In this document: positions 1 to 10,950 of the stretch, piece after piece
How positions within the stretch are numbered: the stretch's first letter is position 1
How the letters are laid out: each line of letters begins with the position of its first letter
Position numbers and translations under genes: made by a program
NCBI GenBank assembly: GCA_963828465.1
Contig: CAWHEU010000029.1
Coordinates: forward strand, 1 to 64,000
Length of the DNA stretch: 64,000 nt
Direction: 5' to 3'
From: an uncultured Acidobacteriota bacterium
GTDB taxonomy: Bacteria; Actinomycetota; Acidimicrobiia; Spongiisociales; ZC4RG35
Notes under the pieces: generated by a model
What the model was told of the DNA's origin: nothing
What the model saw: the letters and a program-made list of their open reading frames with translations, nothing else
The model's database searches: none

Positions 1-1080
1 ACCACGTCGGGGGGAAAGACGGCCGACCATGCGCCGATGGGCGCCACCCGGCACACACGATCGACGCGCTCGACATCGATCCGGAAGGTGCCGACGTTGT
101 TGGCACCGACCTCCAGGTCGACCTTGGTCCCGGCCGGCGACGCGACCTCCACCGGGCGAAACACGAGCATCGGGCCATCGAGGGTGACCTCCAACCCTCC
201 ACCCAGGATGACGGAGGGGCGGGCACGACTGGCCACGGACCAGATGCCTTCCATCTCGTCGGCGGTCCCGCCGTACGGCGGTCGCATCCGGCTGAGACAT
301 CGTCTGAGGGCGCGATCCGCTACGGGCCGCGGGACGGCAAACAGCGCTCCGAGGGGAATCGACAACGAGGTGGCGGCCTCGACGAGGGGGACGCCGGCCG
401 CCTCGTCCTGCAAATAGAACTCATCGGAACGGAGCAGGGCCGCCGACCTGGCCAGCGACTCGGCCAACCTTGGGTTGAACCGCGCCGCCAGATCGGGGAG
501 GACTTCGAGCCTCGAGCGCGTTCCGGCGGTGGCTGCGATCGAGGTTCGACGGGTCGTCGTAGAAAGGAAGGCCGGCCAGGCCCGCCAGCTCCCTCGTGTG
601 GGACCGGCTGACCGCCAGCATGGGGCGTGCCACAGACCCGGTACGGGGCGGGATGCCGGCAAGCCCGGTCGGACCAGCGCCTCTCATAAGGCTCATCAAC
701 ACGGTCTCGGCCTGGTCGTCGAGGGTGTGTGCCGTGAGCAGAGTCTCACCAGGTCGCAACGCCGCCAAGAGCGCGGCGTATCTCATCTTGCGCGCCTGGC
801 CCTCGATCGACGCGCCCGGTGGAATCTCGATCCGAATCACTTCCAGTCCGACCCCGGCTGCAGCCGCCACGGCTCGAGCCGCCTCCTCCAATCGATCGGA
901 CGCGGGGAGCCCGTGGTGGGCATGAACTGCCCTGAGGTCCCGCCCAAGGTGACGAATCAGGTATGCCAACGCGGCGGAGTCGGCGCCCCCGGACAGGGCG
1001 ACAACCAGATCCCCGGTGGGAAGCCGAAGGAGATCGCCCGATCTCCCTCTCAGCTCTATCAGGCGACGCGTCTCAACCAT
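1..1080 (-). CDS. tilS: tRNA(Ile)-lysidine synthetase, runs off window start; frameshift near 515
   Basis: VALSGGADS PP-loop, AHTLDDQAETVLM, DDPSN motifs; C-terminal part (RLEVLPDLAARFNP...) continues in another frame. Confidence 0.93.
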
Positions 1081-2102
1081 CGCTCGGGGCTCTCGATCTC
1101 CTCGAGTGTGGGCAGGCTCCCCGCACCCCGGAAGGCCAGACCGACGGCATCCCAGCCGACCTCACGTTCGACGACCTCGATGAATTGCTCCCCCATCCGG
1201 TATTGGTTCATCTTCATCTCCATCCCGGTGAGTCTGAAGAACGCCGCCGTTCGCTTGTCCTTCCGCCGCGCCTTGAGGACGTTGCTCATCCGCTCCTGCG
1301 TGCGCAGGTGTTCCCGGCCAAGCCGGTCCATGACCACATGACCGTGACCTTCGAGGAGCGACATCAGCGCCTGCACCTTGTCGATCACGACCGTCTGCTC
1401 GGATGAGGCGAAAAGCCCGAGCAGGCCCCGATCGTCGATGATCGGATTTCCCTGGCCGCGACGCCGGGTGACCTCATCGATGATTCGATTCATCCGGCCC
1501 GGCTCTGGCCGGGAGTGTTCGACCAACTCGGTGACCAGGCTCATGAAGTATTCACGGAGCCAGGGAACACCCTGGAACTGGGCGCGGTGCGTCAACTCGT
1601 GGAGCGCCACCCAGAATCTGAACTCCTCCGGTCGGAACTGGTGGGCGCGCTCGAGCTGCAAGATGTTGGGACCAACGAATGCGACCACATCAGCGTCTTC
1701 GCCGGTGGGAAGGACCAACTCGTATTGACCGAGCACCCGGCGAGCGATCACTCCAAGGACGGCCGTCAGCTCGGCCTGGACCATCCGATTGGCGAAAGTG
1801 GCGACACCCCGTCCCCCCGGGCCCGACTCCTCCATCTTCTCGGTGAGCTGGCGCTGCAAGGGCTTCATCAAGTGGCTGAAGCTGGCCACATTGCGCTCGA
1901 TCCATTCCTCTCGCCCGATGACGATCGTTGTCGGGTCACCGGGGAGGTCGAGCCCGGTAGCCGCGGTCACGAGACTCGAGACCTGCTCGGTGAGTCGGGT
2001 CATGTCTGCCTCGAGGGCAGAGCTGTGGTAGGTCTCGGCCAAGGGATAGCTCCCTGCGATCCTTCCGGCGAGACGGCCCGACCCGGACCGGCTAGAAGTC
2101 AC
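1059..2102 (-). CDS. Zinc-dependent metalloprotease, DUF2342 (Rv3626c-like)
   Basis: HELTHRAQF zincin motif, MSLLEGHG; position next to tilS as in other actinobacteria. Confidence 0.88.
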   Translation of the reverse strand: MTSSRSGSGRLAGRIAGSYPLAETYHSSALEADMTRLTEQVSSLVTAATGLDLPGDPTTIVIGREEWIERNVASFSHLMKPLQRQLTEKMEESGPGGRGVATFANRMVQAELTAVLGVIARRVLGQYELVLPTGEDADVVAFVGPNILQLERAHQFRPEEFRFWVALHELTHRAQFQGVPWLREYFMSLVTELVEHSRPEPGRMNRIIDEVTRRRGQGNPIIDDRGLLGLFASSEQTVVIDKVQALMSLLEGHGHVVMDRLGREHLRTQERMSNVLKARRKDKRTAAFFRLTGMEMKMNQYRMGEQFIEVVEREVGWDAVGLAFRGAGSLPTLEEIESPERWLRRVA

Positions 2103-2416
2103 TCCTTGACGACTCGGTACCGCTTGCGAACAACCCTCGTGAAATACTGGATCGTCGTCATCACAATGACCAAGACGGCGAGAACGATCCCGGTCGGGAT
2201 CATGTAGCGGTATGTCCAGTCGGGGAGCGCCTCGGTCGACTCCGGGGTAGTCACCGGGACCGCCGGCTCGATGCCCGAGGTCGGGGCGGGCTCCTCTGAG
2301 ACCGTGGTCGAGGTCTCCCCCTCGGTCCCCTCGGTCGCCATTGCCGGCATGATCATGAACGCGGCGTGGGCGGTGAGGAGGGCGACGAGTGTTGCGACGC
2401 GGCTGAATCGCTTCAT
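2099..2416 (-). CDS. Small exported/membrane-anchored hypothetical protein
   Basis: Signal peptide (AMA), Thr/Glu/Pro-rich spacer, C-terminal TM helix and basic tail; 4-nt overlap with next gene. Confidence 0.75.
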   Translation of the reverse strand: MKRFSRVATLVALLTAHAAFMIMPAMATEGTEGETSTTVSEEPAPTSGIEPAVPVTTPESTEALPDWTYRYMIPTGIVLAVLVIVMTTIQYFTRVVRKRYRVVKE

Positions 2417-2439
2417 CTGGTCAGCAGGGTAGTGGGGAA

Positions 2440-2682
2440 CTAGGAAGACGCCGCCTCACGGGCGATTGCGTCGCGGAGTCTTTGCAGGAACTCGTCGGGG
2501 ACGTCTTCCGCAAGGCGTTCTCGGACCACGATCTGGAGCCTCGCTTCGAAATCGAAGCTCTTGAGACAACCGGAGCAGTCTTCGAGATGAGCGCGGATCA
2601 CCTCAGATGTGGAGGCTTCGATTTCCCTGTCGAGATACTGATAGAGATTGGTCAGTGCGTCGTCGCACTCGTGGCCGCTCAT
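2440..2682 (-). CDS. rsrA: Zinc-binding anti-sigma factor RsrA/RshA family
   Basis: N-terminal Cys plus HLEDCSGC (HxxxCxxC) ZAS motif; coupled to ECF sigma. Confidence 0.9.
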   Translation of the reverse strand: MSGHECDDALTNLYQYLDREIEASTSEVIRAHLEDCSGCLKSFDFEARLQIVVRERLAEDVPDEFLQRLRDAIAREAASS

Positions 2683-3257
2683 GGTCGCTCCGCGCCTTCA
2701 GGCACTAGGCCTCTTTTGACTGCGTATTCCCACAACGATTTCTGCATCGCCTTTCTTCCCCGGTGGAGCCGCGACATGACGGTACCGATCGGAATGTCAA
2801 GGATGTCGGAGATCTCTTTGTATGAGAAACCCTCGAGGTCGGCGAGCAGGACGGGGAGCCTGAAGTTCTCCGGCAGATCCTCGACCGCTTTCTTGATGTC
2901 CGACTCGACCAACCCGTCGAGGACCCTGTCCTCGGTGGTTCGGGCGGCCTCCGCCGACTCCTCGGATCCGATGTTTCGATACAGGTAGAGGTCCTCCACG
3001 GAACCGAGGTCAACCTCGGAGGGACGGCGCGAATCCTTGCGGTACTTGTTGATGTATGTATTGGTCAGGATGCGGTAGAGCCACGCCTTGAGATTGGTCC
3101 CTTCCTCGAAGGTGTGATAAGCCCGGTACGCCTTGAGAAAGGTCTCCTGGACCAGGTCTTCGGCATCGGACGGATTTCGGGTCATGCGCATGGCGGCGCT
3201 GTACAGCTGCCGGGCGTACTGCATGGCATCTTGTTCGAAGTTGGCCTGGTCAGCCAT
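2679..3257 (-). CDS. sigR: ECF sigma factor SigR/SigH family
   Basis: [43 protein letters not shown]. Confidence 0.92.
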   Translation of the reverse strand: MADQANFEQDAMQYARQLYSAAMRMTRNPSDAEDLVQETFLKAYRAYHTFEEGTNLKAWLYRILTNTYINKYRKDSRRPSEVDLGSVEDLYLYRNIGSEESAEAARTTEDRVLDGLVESDIKKAVEDLPENFRLPVLLADLEGFSYKEISDILDIPIGTVMSRLHRGRKAMQKSLWEYAVKRGLVPEGAERP

Positions 3258-3321
3258 GAGCCGGGACGGTACAGGGCGGTCGCTGAAAGATCTAAGTCGA
3301 CGGAATGGCGAGGAGGATCAG

Positions 3322-3393
3322 AGCCGGAGAGGGGAGTCGAACCCCTGGCCTACGCATTACGAGTGCGTTGCTCTACCACTGAGCTACTCCGGC
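3322..3393 (-). tRNA. tRNA-Thr(CGT)
   Basis: Reverse complement GCCGGAGTAGCTCAGTGGTAGAGC...CT-CGT-AA...GGTTCGACTCC...CTCCGGCT cloverleaf. Confidence 0.96.
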
Positions 3394-3510
3394 GGGAGAC
3401 CCAATGGTAAAGGGAGCAGCGAGGCTGAGCCAGACGACACTCCCACCGCGAGCCCGACGGGCATGACCGCGGCGCCGGCGCCTTGGATGCCTGAGTGGAT
3501 AGGCGCTCTT

Positions 3511-3622
3511 CGCTGCATTACGCCGCACTGAAGTCAACCCTGTGCAGCGCGGCCGATGAGCACCAGACGGTCCGTCGTCTGCGCTGTATCACGTCGCTGT
3601 AAAGGCACCCCTGTGCGGCGCG
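3511..3622. repeat. Two imperfect 41-bp direct repeats (3511-3551, 3582-3622), each with terminal inverted ends; REP-like
   Basis: cgctgcattacgccgcactgaagtcaaccctgtgcagcgcg vs cgctgtatcacgtcgctgtaaaggcacccctgtgcggcgcg; 32/41 identical without gaps. Confidence 0.65.
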
Positions 3623-3662
3623 CTCGACGAGCGTCGGGCGGCAAACCCCACGGAACTGGCCG

Positions 3663-4700
3663 TCAGGTCTCTGACCCGAGGCCGGCGAAGAGATTGGCCA
3701 GGACCAGCTCTCGCCGCAGATTGGCCTGAATGTCAACCACGGCATCGAGGATCTTCTCGGCCGAGGTCACGGCCTTCCGTGGGCTCACATCGGTGAAGGT
3801 ACCGAGGGGCAGATCGCTGTTCCGTACCGGCCCACCCATCTGTAACGAGGCTGAGTCGGTGTACCACGAGGCCAGGATCTCCAGACCGTTGACCAACAGT
3901 GATTGCTCGGCGCGCCGCCTGGCCCGTTGTTCTCGCTCCTTGGTCATTTCCTCAGAGACCGACTGATCCACCAACGGGGCAATCTCGGACAGCACATTGG
4001 ACGCCAGCCGCTGGCCGTCGCCCGGATGGGGTGTCACCTGCCCGGGTATCGCCAGCCACAGATCGCGGAACCGGGACACCTCGGGGCGGTCCATCAATGC
4101 CAGGGCCAGACCGGGCCGGCCACCGGAGACGACTGCCACTCCCTCGGCTGCGGAGTGCTCCAGTCCCCGGCCTTCGAGCGCCGCCACCATCGTCGCCTGG
4201 GGCACACGGCCGACGTGAATGGTGCGACAACGTGAGGCAACGGTTGCGGGAAAGTCGTCTTCGGACTCCGCCACGAGGAGGAACACGACCGATGCGGTCG
4301 GCTCCTCCAATGTCTTGAGCAAGGCGTTGGCGGCCTGCTCCGTCATTGTCCCTGCCTCCGGGAACAGGAACAGGGACCGGTCCGATTCGACCGGGCGCAA
4401 AGACGACCGGGTAACCACCTCCCGGGCCTGATCGACGCCGAGACTGGTCGCGCCCTCCGGCTCGACCACGGTCACATCGGGGTGAACTCCCTCACGCACC
4501 AAGCGGCACGACCGACATTCCACATCGTGTTGCCCCCGCTCGGCGCAGAGCAGGGCTGCGGCGAACCGGACGGCGAGCGTCGCCTTCCCGACGGAGTCAG
4601 GCCCGGTGAAGAGGTAAGCCTGAGCGGGCGCGGACACCTCACGACGTAGCAAGTCGACAACCCTCTCGTGACCGATCACCCCATCGAAAGAGTCGATCAT
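3663..4700 (-). CDS. holB: DNA polymerase III subunit delta prime
   Basis: AYLFTGPDSVGK, Zn motif C..CRSC, HPDV, AANALLKTLEEP, TVASRC. Confidence 0.93.
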   Translation of the reverse strand: MIDSFDGVIGHERVVDLLRREVSAPAQAYLFTGPDSVGKATLAVRFAAALLCAERGQHDVECRSCRLVREGVHPDVTVVEPEGATSLGVDQAREVVTRSSLRPVESDRSLFLFPEAGTMTEQAANALLKTLEEPTASVVFLLVAESEDDFPATVASRCRTIHVGRVPQATMVAALEGRGLEHSAAEGVAVVSGGRPGLALALMDRPEVSRFRDLWLAIPGQVTPHPGDGQRLASNVLSEIAPLVDQSVSEEMTKEREQRARRRAEQSLLVNGLEILASWYTDSASLQMGGPVRNSDLPLGTFTDVSPRKAVTSAEKILDAVVDIQANLRRELVLANLFAGLGSET

Positions 4701-5311
4701 GTGCCCAGCTCCATCATCACCTGATCGACCAACTGCTCGATCGAGCCCGAGCCGTCCAGAAGCACCACGCGTCCAGGCTCGGCCACGGCCAGGTCCCGAT
4801 AGGCCGCTGTCACCGCCTCCTGGAAGGCCATGCTCTCGCTGCCGATCCGATCGGGCCGACCCTGACGTCCAAGGGCTTTGCCCGGGTCGACATCGATCAC
4901 GAACACCCGCCCCGGCTCCACGCCCTCCAGGCCGATCTCGTTGATCTCGCGCACCCGGCTCTCTCCCATTCCACGGGCTCGACCCTGATAGGCGATCGAC
5001 GAGTAGTAGGTGCGATCGCTGATGACCCAGGCTCCTCTCTCGAGTGCAGGCCCAACTACGTCCCGGGCGAGTTGGGCCCTTTGTGCCGCAAAAAGAAACA
5101 CTTCCGCCCAGCGATCGACACGATCGGAGTCCAACACGAGCTCACGAACGGTCTCCCCTAGCGGGGTCCCACCGGGCTCCCGCACCTCCACGACATCGTC
5201 GCCAAGAGAGCGGAGCCTGGCGGCCAGGGCGGCCGACAGTGTGGTCTTGCCGCTGCCATCGCCACCTTCCAGCGCAATATATCGGTGGTTACGGGGCGTT
5301 TCACCTGTCAC
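4697..5311 (-). CDS. tmk: Thymidylate kinase (GTG start at 5311 preferred)
   Basis: IALEGGDGSGKTT, REPGGT, DRTYYSSIAYQG. Confidence 0.94.
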   Translation of the reverse strand: MTGETPRNHRYIALEGGDGSGKTTLSAALAARLRSLGDDVVEVREPGGTPLGETVRELVLDSDRVDRWAEVFLFAAQRAQLARDVVGPALERGAWVISDRTYYSSIAYQGRARGMGESRVREINEIGLEGVEPGRVFVIDVDPGKALGRQGRPDRIGSESMAFQEAVTAAYRDLAVAEPGRVVLLDGSGSIEQLVDQVMMELGT

Positions 5312-5391
5312 TGTGAATGACGGTAATGGTCTCCCGTGACACGAGTCGTATTGACATAAGGCGGTCAAATGAAGTCAACTCACCCCACCTA

Positions 5392-7954
5392 ATGCCTAAG
5401 AGCCTCGTCATCGTCGAGTCCCCGACGAAGGCTCGGACCATCTCCGGATTCCTCGGTCCGGACGTGGTCGTCGAGTCTTCGATGGGGCACATTCGCGACC
5501 TGCCGCGGTCGGCTGCCGAGATCCCGGCCAGCGCAAAGGGCAACGATTGGGCGCGCCTCGGGGTCGACGTGGACAACGAGTTCGAGCCCCTCTACGTGGT
5601 GCCCAAAGAGCGAAAAGACCGGGTCAAGAAGCTCAAGGAGATGCTGGCCGGGGTCGACCAGCTCTACCTGGCGACAGACGAGGATCGCGAAGGCGAGTCC
5701 ATCGCCTGGCACCTGACCGAGATTCTCAAGCCCAAGGTGCCGGTTCATCGCATGGTGTTCCACGAGATCACCCAACATGCAATCGAGGACGCCTTCGCCA
5801 ACCCACGTGATCTCGACCTTCGCCTGGTCCAAGCGCAGGAGGCTCGCCGCATCCTCGACCGTCTCTACGGGTTCGAAGTGTCCCCGGTCCTGTGGCGCAA
5901 GGTCCAGCAAGGGCTTTCTGCCGGGCGCGTCCAGAGCGTGGCGGTCCGAATAGTGGTCGAACGCGAACGGGAGCGGATGGCGTTCACCTCGGCTGAATAC
6001 TGGAGCGTCGAAGGCACCTTTGCCCCGGTCGACGACCTGAACAGGACCTTCGAGGCAACGCTGCTCCAGGTGGACGAGGCCAGGGTGGCCACCGGCAAGG
6101 AGTTCGGCGCAGACGGCCAGCCAAAGCCCGGAACCCTCGTGTTGGACCAGGCGCTGGCGACCGCACTCGCCGAAGGGCTGCTCGCCTCCCGATTCGAGGT
6201 CCGCTCGGTCGAGGAAAAGCCGTACAAGCGGTCGCCCTATCCGCCGTTTCGGACGTCGACCCTGCAGCAGGAGGCTGCCCGGAAGCTTCGTTTCTCGTCA
6301 TCACGAACCATGTCGGTGGCCCAGCGTCTCTATGAGAACGGGTACATCACCTATATGCGGACCGACTCGACCTCATTGGCCGACTCCGCCGTGGCCTCGG
6401 CTCGGGCCCAAATCACCAAGCTCTACGGGCAGGAGTACCTCTCACCCAAGCCGCGAACATTCGCTTCGAAGGTGAAGGGAGCCCAGGAGGCACACGAGGC
6501 CATCCGGCCCTCGGGAGACGAACATTTCCAGACACCGGAACAGGTGGCCACACTCGTCGGTCCCGATGAGGGTCGGCTCTACGACCTCATCTGGAAGCGG
6601 ACCATCGCATCGCAGATGGCCGATGCCGTGGGCTTCACCGTGTCGGCTCGCCTCGGGGCGCAGGCGACCGACGGCCGCGAAGCCGTGTTCAGCACGAGCG
6701 GGCGAACCATCACCTTCCCCGGGTTCCTCCGGGTCTACGTGCAGGGCTCGGATGACCCGGAGTCCGACCCGGACGACAAGGAGAAGGTCCTGCCCAAGCT
6801 GGCCACGGGCGACGCTCTCGCCGTGCAGCGTCTGGAGCCAACCGGACACGAGACCAGGCCACCAGCCAGGTACACCGAAGCCTCTCTGGTTCAACGCCTC
6901 GAGGAGCTGGGCGTGGGGCGTCCCTCCACATATGCCTCGATCATGACCACGATCCAGGATCGCGGATACGTGTGGAAGAAGGGCACGGCCCTCGTCCCGA
7001 GCTTTGTCGCGTTTGGCGTCGTCGGGCTTCTCGAGAAGCATTTCTCCCAGCTCGTCGATTACAGCTTCACGGCGTCGATGGAAGACGATCTCGACCGGAT
7101 TGCCGCCGGTGAAGAGGAGTCGGTCCCCTGGCTCACTCAGTTCTATTTCGGCGACGACGGGCTGAAGCACAAGGTGGCGACCCGTCTCGATGAGATCGAC
7201 CCACGGGCCGTCGGGCTCGATTCCGATCGGTGTCGACGAAGCGGGCACGGCAGTCGTGGCCCGGATCGGGCGTTACGGCCCTTACGTGGAGATCGGCGAG
7301 GAGAGGGCCTCCATCCCCGATGATCTGGCGCCGGACGAGCTGACCGTGGAGAAGGCTCTCGAGCTGGTGCAGTCTCAGAACGTCGGGCGACAAGATCTTC
7401 GGCACCGACCCTGAATCCGGGCTGACCGTATATGGCAAGACCGGTCGGTTCGGTCCCTACATCCAGCTCGGTGAGACCGAGGAGGGAAGCAAGAGCCGAA
7501 GCGGGCCTCACTGTTCAGGACCATGACCATGGACGAGCTTTCGATGGACACGGCTCTTCGACTCCTCGCCCTGCCCCGCACCGTCGGCCCCGACCCCGAG
7601 GGCGTCGACATCGTCGCCCTCAACGGGCGGTACGGGCCCTACATCCAGCGAGGGTCCGATCGGCGCAGTCTGGAGAGTGAGGAACAGCTGTTCACCCTCA
7701 CCGTCGACGAGGCTCTCGTCCTACTCGCCGAGCCGCCGCGCCGGAGGGGTCAACAGGCGGCAGTGCCACTGAAGGAGCTTGGACCCGACCCGGTCAGCGG
7801 TAAGCCGGTGACGGTCAGAAACGGGCGCTACGGCCCTTATGTCACGGACGGCGAGGTCAATGCCTCATTGCGTCAGGGCGACTCCCCCGAGACCATCGAC
7901 ATCGAGCGGGCGGCCGAGCTGCTGGCGGCCCGTCGAGACCGGGTCGGGAAGTAG
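5392..7954 (+). CDS. topA: DNA topoisomerase I with actinobacterial C-terminal repeats; frameshifts near 7215, 7385, 7495
   Basis: LVIVESPTKA, ATDEDREGE, SAGRVQS, GYITYMRTDS; GRYGPY repeats spread over successive frames. Confidence 0.95.
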
Positions 7955-7974
7955 GTCCGTCCTCACTGAACGTA

Positions 7975-8004
7975 GAGAGGGGCCCGGTAGACCGGGCCCC
8001 TCTC
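7975..8004. terminator. Hairpin terminator between convergent topA and secreted-protein gene
   Basis: gagaggggcccggt-ag-accgggcccctctc perfect 14-bp inverted repeat. Confidence 0.8.
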
Positions 8005-8039
8005 AATCAGGTTCGGCTCAGTTGCCGAGGTTGCCTCAA

Positions 8040-9920
8040 CTACGCCGCATCTGGCGGGAAGTTCGGGTCAGGAATCCACTGGCCGACACTCAGGTGAATG
8101 CCGTAACACTCGTTGTTCGGCACAGTCACACTGAATGATCCCGAATCGTCGGGGTCCACAGTGAACGAGTTAGCGAACTGACCGGGCTGCTTGTAGTTCT
8201 GGTTGGTGGTGCAGGACATCGGATTGATCTTGACGTTGCCGACAGTGTCAGCCAACTCCCAGTCACTATCCAACTCGAACGTAAGCGTGGTGGTGCCGTT
8301 TTGGCTACCAGTCACGTCACCCACGTCATAGAACTGCCCAGCGATGATGTCGGCCCCACCATCGGCGATGTCGGTCCAAGTGGTATACATGAACCAGTTG
8401 TTGGGTGCCCTCTTGGTGGCCTTCCACGGAAGGCCCTCGCCGGTCGCAGTTTCACCATCGAAGATAAGGCACTGCACGTTGACATCCACCGACGCAGAGG
8501 ACTCTTCCGCTACCCCATCATCCGTGATCGTGGCGGTGTTGTCGTAGGTGTATTCCCCACACACCTCCTGCCAGGTCTCATAAGCGAAGTCCATGGAGTA
8601 GTTGAAGGGCTCGACGTCACCGGCCACGTAGTCGGCAGCATCGAGAGTCAGCTGGTCCACGGTGTAAGCATCGCTCAGCAAATCACCGAGATCGCTGAGG
8701 TCACTCACCACGACGGTCTCGTCGGTCTCCTCATCCAGAACGAAAGAGAATTCCGCTGAGTCCGTCTTATCGATCGGGTACACGTTGTCCGCGTCCTCGA
8801 CGTCGATGAGCTCTCCGGTGACAGACACCGTGTTGGTGCCGTCCTCGGTAACTCCCGTCAGGCTGTAATCACAGACCAGCTCCCCACCATCCGCATCCAG
8901 TGTGACCGGCAGGTCAGTAACCGGATCCGGGAAGTCACAATCGACCTCACCACCCAGATCATCGATCACCGAGTCGATGCGAGCATCGAACAATGGCTCA
9001 TCATTGGTGATGGTGATGGTGCCGGTGACTTCATGACCGGTGTCGGCGAAACCGTCGTAGGTCACATCGATGTCCCAAGTCACGGTCGCATCGCCTGAGC
9101 CATCTGTGAACAGGTTCACCACAGCCGGGTCGACCGACTTCAAGATCGACCAGTCGTGATCACGGTCGAACGTCGCTTCTGCGGTCTTGTCGACTGTAAG
9201 CAGTCCCTGTGGCACATTCACACAATCGACCGTGTTGGTCACGGTCCGAGTGATCAGGCCATCTACGGCATCCTCGGCATCCACTATGTACGGGGAGACA
9301 TCATCGAGGTTGGACTCATAGGTGCAGTTATCAGGAAGCCCGCTGGCCTCCTCGGTGATCACCACCGTGTCACCTTCCTCGACATCAACCGGGCCCGCGC
9401 CTGGAACGGCTGCTCCGTTGCCCACCTTGATGGTGAAGTCGACGGTCACGCCCGCAAGGTCGATCTCGTCTCCTGCCCATACCTTGTCGACCTGGAGCTC
9501 CAGTTGGTCATCCTCGACCAAGCGATAGTCGATGTGGCTGAGGCCATGTGCGGCACCAGAGTCATCGACTGTCACCTGACTCGTCCCGATCCCAGAGACG
9601 TCATACCCGTCATAGGTACCGTCAGCCGTGATCAGAATCGAGTGCTTCGGACCCTCAAGAGACGCGTACTCGTCGAACGCATCGTCTCCACTCTTGATAC
9701 AGATGGCGTCGATGATGTATCCGTCCGGTGCCGTTGCTACATCGGCGTCGGTCGTCTCCAAGGCATCACATTCCGCTGGGCTGTGCTGCCCCTCAGCGAA
9801 CGCCGCACTCATCGGCATCAAGGCCGCGAACAGCCCCAACGCCACCAGCAGCGTGAGCCATCGGGGCCTCGCCGCTTTGATCTCATGGCACGCGTGGCGC
9901 CCCTTCTTCATGATTGGCAC
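8040..9920 (-). CDS. Large acidic secreted protein with beta-rich (Ig-like) modules
   Basis: Signal peptide (AAFA-E), Asp/Thr/Val-rich beta modules, paired Cys; RBS GGGAGG upstream. Confidence 0.8.
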   Translation of the reverse strand: MPIMKKGRHACHEIKAARPRWLTLLVALGLFAALMPMSAAFAEGQHSPAECDALETTDADVATAPDGYIIDAICIKSGDDAFDEYASLEGPKHSILITADGTYDGYDVSGIGTSQVTVDDSGAAHGLSHIDYRLVEDDQLELQVDKVWAGDEIDLAGVTVDFTIKVGNGAAVPGAGPVDVEEGDTVVITEEASGLPDNCTYESNLDDVSPYIVDAEDAVDGLITRTVTNTVDCVNVPQGLLTVDKTAEATFDRDHDWSILKSVDPAVVNLFTDGSGDATVTWDIDVTYDGFADTGHEVTGTITITNDEPLFDARIDSVIDDLGGEVDCDFPDPVTDLPVTLDADGGELVCDYSLTGVTEDGTNTVSVTGELIDVEDADNVYPIDKTDSAEFSFVLDEETDETVVVSDLSDLGDLLSDAYTVDQLTLDAADYVAGDVEPFNYSMDFAYETWQEVCGEYTYDNTATITDDGVAEESSASVDVNVQCLIFDGETATGEGLPWKATKRAPNNWFMYTTWTDIADGGADIIAGQFYDVGDVTGSQNGTTTLTFELDSDWELADTVGNVKINPMSCTTNQNYKQPGQFANSFTVDPDDSGSFSVTVPNNECYGIHLSVGQWIPDPNFPPDAA

Positions 9921-10224
9921 GTTGTGCCACCTCCCATTGTTCGATACCCCACTGGTCCCGACATGTCCGTCTCACCGCCCCACAGGTGCCAGTTCTCGGC
10001 GCATGTCAGCGCTCGTCGATCAACAGGAAGAGGCGTAACTGCAGGAAAGAAGAATCCCCCTACCCCGGCGTGCAGACACCACACGCCTCCCCCCGGCCGA
10101 CTGAGCCAGCCATGGCTGACCGTAGGGGGCGAAATCTGCTTAGAACGAATGGACCCCCCAGAATGGTCTGACCTGACTAGTCACTGTCATCTCCGGGCTG
10201 ACAATCGACCTGCTCCGCCTCGCC

Positions 10225-10947
10225 TCACTTGGCGATGGTGAACACCGGTCTAGAGGCCGGCCTCAGCCCCATCCTCGAGATGTCGCCATCGGTGTGGAAA
10301 TCGGAGGCTCGGTGGGTGGTCACGATGAAGCCCACGCTCGTCAGGCGATCTGCGATGTCAGGCCCGTACCTCCTGACATGGTCCCGTTGACCGAAGACAC
10401 GGAGCCTGTCATCGGGATCAGCGATGCTCGGATCTTCGAAGGTCCTAGGTCTGGTCACAGGCACGATCACTAGTGCCCAACCATCGGCCGCAAGGATTCG
10501 GTGGAGCTCCTCCATCGCCCGGCGATCGTCGGGTACATGCTCGAGGACATGGCTGCAGATGATGACGTCGAAAGACTCGTCCGAGAGCTCGAGGTCGGAC
10601 ACATCCAGTCGCAGGTCGACGTCCTCTCGGTCGAGGTCAGCGGTTCGATAACCGGCTCCCAGGCGCTGGCGAAAGCGAGGCTCGAGACAGGGCTCCGGCG
10701 CAAAGTGCAAGACGCGCTTCCCCCCGTCATCGAAGAGGTCGGTTTCATTGTTCAAGAGAAGCCAAACGAATCGATGGCGCTCGAGCGACCCACAGTGGAT
10801 GCATTGAGCCTCATCGCGGGGTGGATTCCCGTAGGGACGGAACTGGCGTGATGACCGTCCGCATACCGGGCACCATCTCCCGAAACCGCGATACGGGAGA
10901 GTCCGCAGCACCGCCCTGCCCCGTCGCAGGATGGCTTTCGGCGACAT
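10225..10947 (-). CDS. Class I SAM-dependent methyltransferase with N-terminal Zn-finger
   Basis: CPVCG..CIHCGSLERHR, VLHFAPE, FDVIICSHVLEHVPDD. Confidence 0.88.
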   Translation of the reverse strand: MSPKAILRRGRAVLRTLPYRGFGRWCPVCGRSSRQFRPYGNPPRDEAQCIHCGSLERHRFVWLLLNNETDLFDDGGKRVLHFAPEPCLEPRFRQRLGAGYRTADLDREDVDLRLDVSDLELSDESFDVIICSHVLEHVPDDRRAMEELHRILAADGWALVIVPVTRPRTFEDPSIADPDDRLRVFGQRDHVRRYGPDIADRLTSVGFIVTTHRASDFHTDGDISRMGLRPASRPVFTIAK

Positions 10948-10950
10948 CGG

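Noticed and set aside
3511-3622. CRISPR array
   Set aside because: Only two degenerate units, and no cas genes in the window.
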